Both the position numbers and the translations under genes were made by a program. 64,000 nucleotides of DNA from an uncultured Candidatus Saccharibacteria bacterium (lineage in GTDB: Bacteria > Patescibacteriota > Dojkabacteria > JAOAGR01), in NCBI GenBank assembly GCA_964503755.1, contig CAZDBO010000001.1, positions 92,285 through 156,284 on the forward strand, given 5' to 3'. The notes below the pieces were generated by a model. The model saw nothing but the letters and a program-made list of their open reading frames with translations, ran no database searches and had not been told where the DNA came from. Positions 10,320-20,600 of this stretch are shown here, piece after piece (position 1 is the stretch's first letter; each line of letters starts with the position of its first letter).

Positions 10320-11684
10320 TTATCTGCCAAATATAACTCCCTTTTCATCCTCCAAAACCCCCTTACTTGTCCCAAATCTTGGGTATAAATTTAGATTTTT
10401 AACAAAAATCTGGTTGTTTTTTATAGAAACATCTCTAAATTCTATAGCCACAGCAAATGTGCCAGAATGGATGTTGTTTGCCGGTTTGTCATCTAAAAAT
10501 CTTTCTGAAATCAATTTTACATAACATTCTGCCAAAATTGGGCTTAATTGATGTTTTTTTATTAGATTTTGTGCTATTTTTTCTAAGTTTTTTATTAATT
10601 TTGATTTTTGTTTGTGTATTTTTCGTAAGATATTTTTGTTGTTTTGATAATGAAGTATTTGCTTGTAAGTTGGTTTAAAGATCAATGCAAATTTTGTCAG
10701 ATTTTTTGCGATTTGAATCAGTTCATTTTGAGATAAATTTATACCAAATGATAAGAGTTTTTCTACTACCGACAAAATAATTTTTTCTTTTATTTTCTTT
10801 GATGAAATATGATATTCTAAGCATCCAGACATCAGTATCTCATATATTTCAGAAAATATCTTTACTATATTGATGATTTCTATAATAGCTTGGTCGATAG
10901 ATATTGGAATAGAATAGTGTATATTGATTTTTTGAGTAAAACTTAAATGACGGTTATCACAGATTATATTTCTAATAAATTTGGTTTTTTCATTTGTTAT
11001 ATTTCGAGTTAGATTTGTTATGCTATCCCTGTTTGTTTCATAAAATAACTCGTTGAATACACCAATATGTTTAAGTATTTCATCAGACGTTGGTATCTTG
11101 TAGAAGGCATGTTTGTCAATTGTATTTTGACTAATATACGTTACATGAAAATGTCCATCAGATGCACTTTGACATCCTCTTGATAGGCCATACTTATCTC
11201 TGGTTGCTTGATCTGTATGTCCCATCATCCCATAAATATGCAGATTTTGATAAATAGAATCTTTATGATATTCATACATTATTCTTACTGCCTCAATAAT
11301 CTGTGTTGATATCATCTCGGCACAAGATTTGATTTGTTCTTGATTTTTTAGTGATAGATCTAATATATTGCATCTTTTAGGATTCGAATCTGCATTTTCA
11401 AACCACCAGATGATGAACTGTGAAGGTATTAGATTACCTTGATATTCCATCATATCAAGTGTATGTGGAGATGCCGCTAGTGTATTTATACCGACAAACT
11501 CTTGATTTCTATAGAGTTTGCCTATTTGTGTATTGAGTAAACTATTAAAAAAATTTGTATTTGTATTATCAGTTCTTGGTACAAATGAAGGTATTTTTAT
11601 AAAAGGTAATTGATATTCTATTTTCTTTAGCTTTTTATCAATCTTTTTAATTATGTTTATTAAATTGATTTGCTTTTTCACCAA
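10320..11684 (-). CDS. hypothetical protein (454 aa) with possible HIT-like His motif
   Basis: No clear family. GMMGHTDQ...SASDGHFHVTYI recalls the HxHx(H/Q) nucleotide-binding motif of the HIT/GalT superfamily. Very Lys/Asn/Ile-rich. Confidence 0.3.
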   Translation of the reverse strand: MVKKQINLINIIKKIDKKLKKIEYQLPFIKIPSFVPRTDNTNTNFFNSLLNTQIGKLYRNQEFVGINTLAASPHTLDMMEYQGNLIPSQFIIWWFENADSNPKRCNILDLSLKNQEQIKSCAEMISTQIIEAVRIMYEYHKDSIYQNLHIYGMMGHTDQATRDKYGLSRGCQSASDGHFHVTYISQNTIDKHAFYKIPTSDEILKHIGVFNELFYETNRDSITNLTRNITNEKTKFIRNIICDNRHLSFTQKINIHYSIPISIDQAIIEIINIVKIFSEIYEILMSGCLEYHISSKKIKEKIILSVVEKLLSFGINLSQNELIQIAKNLTKFALIFKPTYKQILHYQNNKNILRKIHKQKSKLIKNLEKIAQNLIKKHQLSPILAECYVKLISERFLDDKPANNIHSGTFAVAIEFRDVSIKNNQIFVKNLNLYPRFGTSKGVLEDEKGVIFGR

Positions 11685-11809
11685 GTTATTATACTGAGTT
11701 CAAAACGTTTATAACAATTCATGGGTATATATACAAATATATTGCAAATAAATAAATTTTATGATAAAAAGATATTTATCCTCAAAATTTAATTCATTTA
11801 CTAAACACT

Positions 11810-13528
11810 ATGTCAAACGATTCTGAAGAAGTAAAAACGGGTGCTGAATTGGTGGCTCAAACTATTGTTGACCTTGGTATAGATATGATCTTTGGTTATC
11901 CTGGTGGTGCTATCATGCCAGTACATGATGCTCTTTATGTATATGAATTGCAAGGAAAAATGAAACATTATGTCCCAAGACATGAACAAGGTGGTATACA
12001 TGCTTTAGAAGGGTATGCAAGAGCGAGTGGAAAAGTTGGGGTTATATTTGTGACGTCTGGTCCTGGTGCTACTAATTTGGTAACAGGTATTGCTGATGCT
12101 CTTATGGATTCTGTACCAGTTATATGTATTACAGGACAGGTAGCAACACATTTGATAGGCACAGAAGCTTTTCAGGAAACAGATATTATAAATGTTACTA
12201 AACCTATCACCAAATGGAATTATCAAATCAGAGATCCAAGAGAGATACCATATGTTTTGGAAAAAGCTTATTATATAGCAACGACTGGGCGACCAGGTCC
12301 TGTACTAATAGATATACCTAAAGATATGCAGACAGCAAAAGTAGATCTGTCTGAAGTGCAACATTTTGAAATTCCTAAAGAACAATATGACTTAGATGAA
12401 AGTTTGATAAAAGAAGCAGCAGAGTTGATTAATTCATCACAAAGACCACTTGTATTGGTGGGGCATGGAGCTATTATTTCTAATGCACATGATGAAATAA
12501 AAGAATTGTTAGAAAAAGGACATCTGCCATTTGCTTGTACTTTACATGGATTATCTACATTGCCCAAGACTCATCCAAGTTATGTAGGTTTTTTGGGAAT
12601 GCATGGTAATTATGCACCAAATAAGCTTACAAATGAGGCTGATTTGCTAATTGCTCTAGGTATGCGTTTTGATGATAGAGTCACTGGTAATCTTAAAAAA
12701 TATGCACCAAATGCTAGGGTAATTCATATTGATGTAGAGAAATCTAAGATTAACCGTAATGTAAAAGCAACAATTGGTATTAATGCAGACTTGAAAGTTG
12801 CGTTATCAAAATTGAATAAGTATATCAAATTTGTAGATAGAAATTCTTGGTTTGATAGGTTTAGCGAATTGCATTCCATCGAAACAGAAAAAGTTATTAA
12901 AGATCAAATTAATCCAACAAGTGACAACATTTTAATGGCAGAAGTTGTTAAACTACTTTCGGATATCACCAATGGTAGTGCAAATATAGTAGCAGATGTC
13001 GGCCAACATCAAATGATAGCAGCAAGATATTATGAATTTCAAAGATTAAATAGCTTCTTTTCATCTGGTGGATTGGGAACTATGGGATTTGCTCTTCCTG
13101 CTGCGATTGGTGTTAAATTAGCAAGGCCTCATGAAGAAGTTATAGCTATTATTGGTGATGGAGGATTTCAGATGACCATGCAAGAACTTGCTCTGATATC
13201 CTATGAAAATATACCTGTAAAAATAATAATTTTGAATAATGGATTTTTGGGTATGGTCAGACAATGGCAAGAGATGTTTTTTGATAAGAGATATGCCTAT
13301 ACAAATATGAGTAATCCAGACTTTGTAAAACTAACAGAGGCTTATGGAATAAAAAGTAGGCGTGTTGATTCTAGATCTCAGCTAAAAGAAGGTTTGATTG
13401 AGTTAGTAAGGTCTGAGAGAGGATATTTATTAGAAATTATTGTACAAAAAGAAGATATGGTATTTCCTATGGTGCCTCCAGGTGCATCTATAGAAGAAGT
13501 TGTTTTGGAATCACCTAATCTAGAATAA
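11810..13528 (+). CDS. ilvB: acetolactate synthase / acetohydroxy-acid synthase large subunit
   Basis: 572 aa ThDP enzyme. GYPGGAIMPVHDAL; GDGGFQM...NNGFLGMVRQWQ ThDP-binding motif. Confidence 0.85.
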   Translation: MSNDSEEVKTGAELVAQTIVDLGIDMIFGYPGGAIMPVHDALYVYELQGKMKHYVPRHEQGGIHALEGYARASGKVGVIFVTSGPGATNLVTGIADALMDSVPVICITGQVATHLIGTEAFQETDIINVTKPITKWNYQIRDPREIPYVLEKAYYIATTGRPGPVLIDIPKDMQTAKVDLSEVQHFEIPKEQYDLDESLIKEAAELINSSQRPLVLVGHGAIISNAHDEIKELLEKGHLPFACTLHGLSTLPKTHPSYVGFLGMHGNYAPNKLTNEADLLIALGMRFDDRVTGNLKKYAPNARVIHIDVEKSKINRNVKATIGINADLKVALSKLNKYIKFVDRNSWFDRFSELHSIETEKVIKDQINPTSDNILMAEVVKLLSDITNGSANIVADVGQHQMIAARYYEFQRLNSFFSSGGLGTMGFALPAAIGVKLARPHEEVIAIIGDGGFQMTMQELALISYENIPVKIIILNNGFLGMVRQWQEMFFDKRYAYTNMSNPDFVKLTEAYGIKSRRVDSRSQLKEGLIELVRSERGYLLEIIVQKEDMVFPMVPPGASIEEVVLESPNLE

Positions 13529-13972
13529 GATATTTATTGGATTCTCACACATTATTGGTTTGTTGGATAATTATCTTGTTGCATTTAATGATGCTTTTAG
13601 CATTTAGAGTGATTAGAAATTTGAATAATTTTTTTGAATCAATTCTCTTGTAAATATATAAAAATTAAGTATTACACGTTTTAATTATGAAAATTTCATT
13701 GATAAAATTTACAACCACATTTAAATTTATTATTTGTAATTAATGTAATCTTGTGAGAAACTCTCTTTTGTTAGAACAGGTTAAATTAGTTATAATAAAT
13801 TGCAGATTTTTATTGATTAGAATATTCTTTAATTTTCTATTAAACTGAGATTAATAATGTAATCAAAGATTAGTCTTTAATTGTTTTGATTGTGTTGTCA
13901 TCCATTCTTTGTAGTACAATTTGCTAATTTAAAATTGAGAACTCATAAGTACTAGACAAAATATAATTTATC

Positions 13973-14001
13973 TTGTATATTCACGAGGATTACTATAAAA
14001 T
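13973..14001 (+). promoter_or_regulatory. promoter candidate for tuf-ribosomal operon
   Basis: TTGTAT at 13973-13978 and TAAAAT at 13996-14001 with a 17-nt spacer. The -10 ends 8 nt before the tuf ATG at 14010, leaving no room for an SD. Confidence 0.3.
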
Positions 14002-14009
14002 AAAAAGCT

Positions 14010-15194
14010 ATGGCAACATTTCAAAGAACAAAACCACACGTAAATGTGGGTACAATAGGTCACGTAGACCACGGAAAAACTACATTGACAGCTGCAATTC
14101 TGGCAGTTTTGGCACGAGCTGGTTATTCAGCAGAAAATTTAGGAGTCGACCAAATAGATAAAGCCCCAGAAGAAAAAGCTAGAGGTATTACTATTAACGC
14201 AACCCACGTAGAATACGAAACTGCTAATAGGCACTATGCACATGTTGATTGTCCGGGACATGCTGATTACATAAAAAACATGATCACAGGTGCTGCTCAG
14301 ATGGATGGTGCTATCTTGGTAGTTGCAGCAACTGACGGTCCAATGCCTCAAACAAGAGAACATATCCTTTTAGCAAGGCAAGTTGGTGTTCCAAGAATTG
14401 TTGTATTCTTAAACAAATGCGATATGGTAGATGATCCAGAAATGATTGATCTTGTTGAAGAAGAGGTTACAGAATTGCTTAAGAAATATGGGTATAATTC
14501 TGAAGAAACAAGATTTGTACGGGGTTCGGCTCTAAAAGCTCTTGAAGAGACAACAATCGGTGAATGGTCACAAAAAATCCTTGAGCTCATGGAAGCGGTC
14601 GATGCCGTTATTCCAACTCCAGAAAGAGCTGTTGATCAACCTTTTTTGATGCCTATTGAGGATGTATTTCAAATACAAGGTCGGGGAACTGTAGTAACTG
14701 GACGTATTGAAAGAGGAGTTGTAAAGGTTGGTGACGCTGTAGAGCTTATCGGTCTTGGTAAGGATAATAAATCTGTTGTAACAGGAGTTGAGATGTTTAG
14801 AAAACAATTAGATGAGGGAGTTGCAGGCGATAATGTAGGAGTACTTTTGAGAGGTATTGAAAAAGATCACGTGATGAGAGGGATGGTTCTTGCAAAACCA
14901 GGTAGCATCACTCCTCACAAAAAATTTGTAGCTGAAGTTTATGTATTAAAGAAAGAAGAAGGTGGAAGACATACAGCGTTTATAACTGGTTATCGACCAC
15001 AGTTCTATATTAGAACAACTGATGTTACAGGAGAAGTCAAATTGGTAAATTCTGAAATGGCAATGCCTGGTGACAATGTAACTATGGAGATAACATTGAT
15101 CGAGCCTGTGGCTATGGAACAAGGGATGAGATTTGCTATTCGTGAAGGCGGAAAGACGGTTGGTGCTGGTATAGTAAACAAAATTATTGAATAA
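14010..15194 (+). CDS. tuf: elongation factor Tu
   Basis: 394 aa. [22 protein letters not shown] GTPase motifs. Confidence 0.97.
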   Translation: MATFQRTKPHVNVGTIGHVDHGKTTLTAAILAVLARAGYSAENLGVDQIDKAPEEKARGITINATHVEYETANRHYAHVDCPGHADYIKNMITGAAQMDGAILVVAATDGPMPQTREHILLARQVGVPRIVVFLNKCDMVDDPEMIDLVEEEVTELLKKYGYNSEETRFVRGSALKALEETTIGEWSQKILELMEAVDAVIPTPERAVDQPFLMPIEDVFQIQGRGTVVTGRIERGVVKVGDAVELIGLGKDNKSVVTGVEMFRKQLDEGVAGDNVGVLLRGIEKDHVMRGMVLAKPGSITPHKKFVAEVYVLKKEEGGRHTAFITGYRPQFYIRTTDVTGEVKLVNSEMAMPGDNVTMEITLIEPVAMEQGMRFAIREGGKTVGAGIVNKIIE

Positions 15195-15196
15195 TA

Positions 15197-15511
15197 ATGC
15201 AGATACTTCGTATAAAACTTAAGGCTTACGATCCTGGATTGATTGAATCTGCTTGTAAAAAAATTTCTGAAACTGTGATAAGGACAGGAGCAAAGGTTAG
15301 GGGGCCTGTACCTCTGCCAACCAGAATTAAGAGGTGGACAGTAATCAGGTCTCCTTTTGTAGATAAAAGATCACAGGAAGCTTTCGAGCAAAGAATTTCT
15401 TCTAGATTGATAGATATAATTGATTCTAATTCAAAAACCGTATCAAGCTTGCAAAGTCTTGTTTTACCGACAGGAGTATCTGTAGATATAAAAGTGATAA
15501 ATTCAAATTAA
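15197..15511 (+). CDS. rpsJ: 30S ribosomal protein S10
   Basis: 104 aa. IRIKLKAYD...PLPTRIKRWTVIRSPFVDKRSQE. Confidence 0.95.
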   Translation: MQILRIKLKAYDPGLIESACKKISETVIRTGAKVRGPVPLPTRIKRWTVIRSPFVDKRSQEAFEQRISSRLIDIIDSNSKTVSSLQSLVLPTGVSVDIKVINSN

Positions 15512-15524
15512 TTTAACAATTCTT

Positions 15525-16070
15525 ATGTACATCGGGATTAAAAAAGGAATGACGCAAGTATTTGATGAAAAAGGCAATGTTGTACCCGTCACTATAATTG
15601 ATGTTTCTGCGAAGGTTTATCAAGGATTAAAAAACTCTGGATTGTTTTTAGGGATAGGTAAGAAAAAGCATTCAAAAAAAACTGAAAAGGGTATATTTGG
15701 TGATCAAGTGCCCCAATATTACATACGGATAAAAAATGAAAGTGACGCTTGTATCCCTGAAGTAAATTCTACTGTAAAGATAGCTGCAAAATCAAAGGGT
15801 AGGGGGTTTATGGGAGTTGTAAAGTTGTGGGGATTTGATGGAGGACCAAAAACTCACGGACAGAGTAACAAACATAGATCACCTGGATCCATAGGAACAG
15901 GCACTACTTTTGGAAGGGTTTTACCTGGCCTCAAGATGGCTAAAAAAGCTGGTAACGAGACAGTTACTATACGCAGTGTTAAAGTAATTGATTACGACAA
16001 AGAAAATGATTTGTTGTTAGTAAAAGGATCTGTTCCGGGTTCCTATGGTACACTAGTTAAAATAATCTAA
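15525..16070 (+). CDS. rplC: 50S ribosomal protein L3
   Basis: 181 aa. GIKKGMTQVFDEKGNVVPVTII. Confidence 0.93.
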   Translation: MYIGIKKGMTQVFDEKGNVVPVTIIDVSAKVYQGLKNSGLFLGIGKKKHSKKTEKGIFGDQVPQYYIRIKNESDACIPEVNSTVKIAAKSKGRGFMGVVKLWGFDGGPKTHGQSNKHRSPGSIGTGTTFGRVLPGLKMAKKAGNETVTIRSVKVIDYDKENDLLLVKGSVPGSYGTLVKII

Positions 16071-16078
16071 TAAATTTT

Positions 16079-16651
16079 ATGGAAATCAAAATAATGACAA
16101 TTGATAATGAGCAGGTTGATAGTCTATCTTTTGATAACGGTGATGTTGATGTAGATTATCTTTTATCAAAATATGTAAGGGTGCATTCTATTAATTCTGC
16201 TCAATACACTAAAAGTACTAAGGGGGTTTCTGATGTAAAAGGTCATTCTAAAAAGCCCTATAGGCAGAAAGGTACGGGTTATGCTAGACAAGGTTCTGCA
16301 AAAACACCACATCATAGAGGAGGTGGAGTAGCACATGGACCCAAGCCTACGCAAAGGTCGGCAAGACTAAATAAAAAAGAAAGAGAAATATTGAGAAAAT
16401 ATATGCTATACTCTTTTTTTTCTAATGATAGAGTATATATAAATGATAAAGGTGATATTGATAAAAATTTTGTCTCAAAGTTTAGAAAAATTGTTTATTT
16501 GATTAATCAAGAGCCGCCTCTGTCGTATAAAAAATTTCCAAATATTACTTTTTCTGATACCAATTCTTTATCACCTTTACTAATTAGTACTTCAGATGTT
16601 ATTATTGTCGACAAATCTAGCTTAGAGGAATTGAAAAAAATGTTAAGTTGA
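16079..16651 (+). CDS. rplD: 50S ribosomal protein L4
   Basis: 190 aa. KPYRQKGTGYARQGS motif. Confidence 0.9.
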   Translation: MEIKIMTIDNEQVDSLSFDNGDVDVDYLLSKYVRVHSINSAQYTKSTKGVSDVKGHSKKPYRQKGTGYARQGSAKTPHHRGGGVAHGPKPTQRSARLNKKEREILRKYMLYSFFSNDRVYINDKGDIDKNFVSKFRKIVYLINQEPPLSYKKFPNITFSDTNSLSPLLISTSDVIIVDKSSLEELKKMLS

Positions 16652-16956
16652 TTATGAAACAAGTAATTATAAAACCTTTAATTACAGAAAAAACATATAA
16701 GCTTTATAAAGATAATAGAGTCGTTACATTTATTGTTGATAGAAAAGCAACCAAAAAAAATATTTCTTATTATTTTAATAAAATATATGGTATTAATCCA
16801 ACGAGTGTTCGTGTAGTGTCATCAAGAAAGGAAAATACAGGTCTTGTAACAAAAAGTGGAAGATTAATTAGTAGAACGCATAATAGAATTAAATATAAAA
16901 AAGCATATATAAATATAGGAGAAAATAAATTAGAAATTTTTGAAAATATTGGATAA
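16648..16956 (+). CDS. rplW: 50S ribosomal protein L23
   Basis: 102 aa. IIKPLITEKT...VTFIVDRKATK. Confidence 0.9.
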   Translation: MIMKQVIIKPLITEKTYKLYKDNRVVTFIVDRKATKKNISYYFNKIYGINPTSVRVVSSRKENTGLVTKSGRLISRTHNRIKYKKAYINIGENKLEIFENIG

Positions 16957-16958
16957 GT

Positions 16959-17798
16959 ATGGCATTAAAAGTATTAAAACCTACGACGCCCGGACAACGA
17001 GGAACTGTTTTAGTGGATAGGACAGTATTAACTGCTGACAAGCCGTTCAAGTCCTTAACTGTAACGATAAAAGGATCTACTGGAAGGAGTAGAGGAAAAA
17101 TTACTACTAGACACAAAGGAGGAAGGTTAATCCGTAAATATAGAATTATTGATTTTAAACGGTCAGTAAGAAATGTGTATGGTACCATAACTACTATAGA
17201 ATACGATCCGTTTAGAAATGCTTTTATATCTCTAGTTGTTTATGATAATGGACAGAAACGCTATGTAATAACACCACATAATGTAAGTATGGGACATAGA
17301 ATAATAGCCGCAGAGAATGCTAGCCCTGATATAGGCAATTCCATGCCTTTAAAAAATATACCGGTAGGTCAACAGATTTATAATATTGAACTTACACCAA
17401 ATAGTAAAGGAACAATTGTTCGCTCCGCTGGTACAAGTGCAGTACTTCTCGGTTTTGATGGAGATTATGCACAAGTTCGATTGCCTTCAAAAGAGGTAAG
17501 GCTTTTTAAAAAAGATTGTTATGCAACTATAGGATCTGTTTCCAATCCGGATGCGAAAAACGAAGTTTTAGGAAAAGCAGGAAGAAACAGGTGGCGTGGT
17601 GTAAGACCAACAGTAAGAGGTATGGTGATGCCTCCAAACGCACATCCTCATGGTGGTGGTGAAGCTAAAGGTGTTATTGGACATATACCTAGAGACCCTT
17701 GGGGAAATGTTAGGGGTAAACTTACAAGGCGAAAGCGAAACAGATTTTCTAAATTTATTATTACTAACAGAAAGGGAAGAAAGTATATTAAAAAATAA
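16959..17798 (+). CDS. rplB: 50S ribosomal protein L2
   Basis: 279 aa. Conserved GRNxxGxITxRHKGGG-like motif and C-terminal PHGGGEAKG. Confidence 0.95.
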   Translation: MALKVLKPTTPGQRGTVLVDRTVLTADKPFKSLTVTIKGSTGRSRGKITTRHKGGRLIRKYRIIDFKRSVRNVYGTITTIEYDPFRNAFISLVVYDNGQKRYVITPHNVSMGHRIIAAENASPDIGNSMPLKNIPVGQQIYNIELTPNSKGTIVRSAGTSAVLLGFDGDYAQVRLPSKEVRLFKKDCYATIGSVSNPDAKNEVLGKAGRNRWRGVRPTVRGMVMPPNAHPHGGGEAKGVIGHIPRDPWGNVRGKLTRRKRNRFSKFIITNRKGRKYIKK

Positions 17799-17800
17799 TT

Positions 17801-18109
17801 ATGTCAAGATCGCTTAAAAAAGGACCATATGTAGATCAAAAACTGCTTAAAAAAGTTTTGATTGCAAAGCAAAATGGAGATAAAAAGCCTATAAAAACTT
17901 GGGCACGTAGAAGTGATATATCTCCAGATTTTATTGGCATGACTATTGCTGTACATGATGGTAGAAAACATGTGCCTATTTTTATTACAGAGGATATGGT
18001 TGGGCATAAATTAGGAGAATTTGTTCCAACACGTACATTTAGGGGGCATGCTTCCAAGGGTAAAGTTGCAAAAACACTTGGAAGTGTTGGTAGGGTAAAT
18101 AAAGATTAA
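17801..18109 (+). CDS. rpsS: 30S ribosomal protein S19
   Basis: 102 aa. SLKKGPYVD...[29 protein letters not shown]. Confidence 0.95.
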   Translation: MSRSLKKGPYVDQKLLKKVLIAKQNGDKKPIKTWARRSDISPDFIGMTIAVHDGRKHVPIFITEDMVGHKLGEFVPTRTFRGHASKGKVAKTLGSVGRVNKD

Positions 18110-18111
18110 GT

Positions 18112-18435
18112 ATGAAAGCATCTGTAAAAAAAATAAATTATACGCCGCGAAAACTTAGATTAGTAGTTGCCTTGGTTAAAGGTATGAATGTAGATTATGC
18201 TATGCAGTATTTGTCGAATGTAAACAAAAAAGGTGCTCCTATTATTTTAAAGACACTAAAATCCGCTGTAGCCAATGCAAATATTGATCCTAAAAATTTG
18301 ATGATAGATAAAATATATGTAAATGAATCATCTTTAAAGTTAAAACGAATTTTGTATGCTAATAGAGGTCGTGGTAAAATCCGAACCAAAAGATACTGTG
18401 ACTTACATATTGAATTAAAAACGAATAATGGCTAA
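18112..18435 (+). CDS. rplV: 50S ribosomal protein L22
   Basis: 107 aa. Position in operon; RKLRLVVALVKGMNVDYAMQYL. Confidence 0.9.
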   Translation: MKASVKKINYTPRKLRLVVALVKGMNVDYAMQYLSNVNKKGAPIILKTLKSAVANANIDPKNLMIDKIYVNESSLKLKRILYANRGRGKIRTKRYCDLHIELKTNNG

Positions 18436-19051
18436 AAAAGTTATACCACAAATATATAGAATTGGACTTAATGAAAGGCATTTATCTTCTTGGTTTGCTA
18501 CTGGATCAAAGTTTGCAAAATATCTACATGATGATTTGAAAATTAGAAAGATAATAAGAGATTATGCTTATATAGCGGGTATAGATAAAATTTTTATTTC
18601 ACGCAATGATGGTAATGTTACGGTGGATTTATACGTTGGAAGGCCTGGCTTAGCAATTGGTAAAAATGGTGGGGGTATTGAACAAATGGAAAAAGAAATT
18701 AAATCCAAAGTAGGAGTTGATGCTAAGATTAATGTGTATGAAGTTAAACAACCATATTTATCAGCGAATATTGTTGCTCAGAATATAGTAGATTCTTTGA
18801 AGAAAGGCGTTCCTGTCAAAGTTGCTATGAAACAACAATTAGATAGGATTGAAGCGTCTGGGGCTAAAGGTGCTCGAATTATGGTAAAAGGACTTGGTCC
18901 TATCAAACAAGCACGAGCTGAAATATTAGAAATAAAGGGTGGTAGATTGCCGTTAACTACGTTGAGGGCAAAGATTGATTATGCGTTCCAACAAGTTCTA
19001 GTAGATAGAATGTATGGGGTGAAAGTTTGGATTTATAAAGGAGAAATATAA
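18428..19051 (+). CDS. rpsC: 30S ribosomal protein S3
   Basis: 207 aa. KH domain. IxQIYRIGLNE; GRPGLAIGKNGGGIEQ. Confidence 0.93.
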   Translation: MAKKVIPQIYRIGLNERHLSSWFATGSKFAKYLHDDLKIRKIIRDYAYIAGIDKIFISRNDGNVTVDLYVGRPGLAIGKNGGGIEQMEKEIKSKVGVDAKINVYEVKQPYLSANIVAQNIVDSLKKGVPVKVAMKQQLDRIEASGAKGARIMVKGLGPIKQARAEILEIKGGRLPLTTLRAKIDYAFQQVLVDRMYGVKVWIYKGEI

Positions 19052-19057
19052 ATTATT

Positions 19058-19465
19058 ATGATTGCACCAAGAAAAACAAAATATAGAGTTAGTCATTTAA
19101 GAAAACTTAAAGGGGATTCTACATCTGGAGTAAATATAGAATATGGTGATATGGCTTTGGTTGCTTTGGAAAATGAGTACATCACTCCAAATCAACTTGA
19201 AGCAGTAAGAAGAGTAATTGCCAATACTACAAAAAGAGCAGCAAAAGTATGGATAAGAGTTTTCCCAGATCAACCTATTACAGCAAAAGGAGCAGGTACT
19301 CGCATGGGTAGTGGAAAAGGTCCAGTCAAGGCCTATGTGGCACCAGTAAAGGCTGGTAGAGTTCTTGTTGAGATAGGTGGAGTTAGTAGCGAATTAGGTA
19401 TGAAAGCGCTTACGCTTGCACAGTCTAAGTTGGGAGTAAAAACTAAAATTCTAGTAAAGTCATAA
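19058..19465 (+). CDS. rplP: 50S ribosomal protein L16
   Basis: 135 aa. PRKTKYRVSH...RMGSGKG. Confidence 0.93.
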   Translation: MIAPRKTKYRVSHLRKLKGDSTSGVNIEYGDMALVALENEYITPNQLEAVRRVIANTTKRAAKVWIRVFPDQPITAKGAGTRMGSGKGPVKAYVAPVKAGRVLVEIGGVSSELGMKALTLAQSKLGVKTKILVKS

Positions 19466-19468
19466 ACT

Positions 19469-19675
19469 ATGTATAAGGTAAACGAGTTAAGAAAGATGCC
19501 AAAAGATGAACTACTCTCTCTTTTAAATTCGGAGAGAGCGCATCTTATGAAGTTGCGTATACAATTAAAATTTGGAGCCACTAATGCTGATAATGTAAAT
19601 AATTATAGGAATAAACGCAAATTGATTGCTAGAATAAAAACTGTTCTAAAAGAATTAAAATTGATTAATAAGTAG
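19469..19675 (+). CDS. rpmC: 50S ribosomal protein L29
   Basis: 68 aa, helical, position in operon. Confidence 0.85.
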   Translation: MYKVNELRKMPKDELLSLLNSERAHLMKLRIQLKFGATNADNVNNYRNKRKLIARIKTVLKELKLINK

Positions 19676-19677
19676 AT

Positions 19678-19923
19678 ATGAATAACGAAAAAAAAAGAAA
19701 ACGATTTGAATGTGTAGTTGTTTCAAATAAAATGACTAAAGCTGTTGTTGTAAGAGTAGAACGTAAAGTACCTCATCCTAAATATAAAAAGATAATCACC
19801 AAATATACTAAATTGTATGCAAGAAATGAAATAGATGGTGTAAAAGTAGGTGATGTTGTTGTGGTAGAGGAATGTAGACCTTTGACAAAATTAATTAGGT
19901 TTAAAGTAATACACAAAAAGTAA
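19678..19923 (+). CDS. rpsQ: 30S ribosomal protein S17
   Basis: 81 aa. [18 protein letters not shown]...HPKYKK. Confidence 0.9.
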   Translation: MNNEKKRKRFECVVVSNKMTKAVVVRVERKVPHPKYKKIITKYTKLYARNEIDGVKVGDVVVVEECRPLTKLIRFKVIHKK

Positions 19924-19930
19924 AGAGTCT

Positions 19931-20299
19931 ATGGTTCAATTAAATACAATATTAAAAGTTGCTGATAATTCTGGAGCAAAATACTTTAAAGTGATAACTG
20001 TATTAGGAGGGTCAAATAAAAAGTTTGGTAAAATTGGAGATAGGGTATCAGGAGTTGTAAAGGGTGCAAATCCAGATGGTAATGTAAAAGATCATCAAAA
20101 ATGTCATGCGGTGATAGTTCGTACTAAGAAAGAATTCAGAAGAAAAGATGGTACTTACATAAAATTTGATGATAATGCAGTTGTACTTATTAACAAGGCG
20201 GGTGAGCCTATAGGAACGGCTGTTTTTGGACCAGTTGCTAGGGAAATAAAAGATAAAGGATACAATAAGATTGCTAGTTTAGCACCAGAATTATTATAA
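19931..20299 (+). CDS. rplN: 50S ribosomal protein L14
   Basis: 122 aa. [17 protein letters not shown]. Confidence 0.95.
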   Translation: MVQLNTILKVADNSGAKYFKVITVLGGSNKKFGKIGDRVSGVVKGANPDGNVKDHQKCHAVIVRTKKEFRRKDGTYIKFDDNAVVLINKAGEPIGTAVFGPVAREIKDKGYNKIASLAPELL

Positions 20300-20309
20300 G
20301 AATGTAGCT

Positions 20310-20600
20310 ATGGCAGCAAAAATTAAAAAAGGTGATTCTGTAAAAGTTATGAGTGGAGCTTATAAAGGTAAAGTTGGTATAGTCAGTCGTGTCGATCGAA
20401 AAAACAATCTTGTATACATTGATGGTATAAATGTGAAAAAAAGAGCGGTTAAAAAGGGAGAGAATTCTAATGACAATTTTGTATATATAGTACATCCTAT
20501 ACATTATTCAAATGTAAAAAAAATTGAACCATTATCTGATACTCACAATTCAGAAAAAAGTTTAAACGGTGGTGATTTCTCAAACCGCGAGACTGAATAA
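20310..20600 (+). CDS. rplX: 50S ribosomal protein L24
   Basis: 96 aa. KOW motif IKKGDSVKVMSGAYKGKVG. Confidence 0.92.
   Translation: MAAKIKKGDSVKVMSGAYKGKVGIVSRVDRKNNLVYIDGINVKKRAVKKGENSNDNFVYIVHPIHYSNVKKIEPLSDTHNSEKSLNGGDFSNRETE

Noticed and set aside
13973-14161. 62-aa ORF starting upstream of tuf
   Set aside because: It overlaps the tuf start in another frame. The region is better explained as the tuf promoter.
14139-14807. Three minus-strand ORFs inside tuf, and similar antisense ORFs inside ilvD, ilvC, ilvB, secY, ftsK, PBP, rel and others
   Set aside because: Each is antisense to a highly conserved gene. They are typical spurious ORFs of an AT-rich genome, where stop codons are depleted on the antisense strand of coding sequence.
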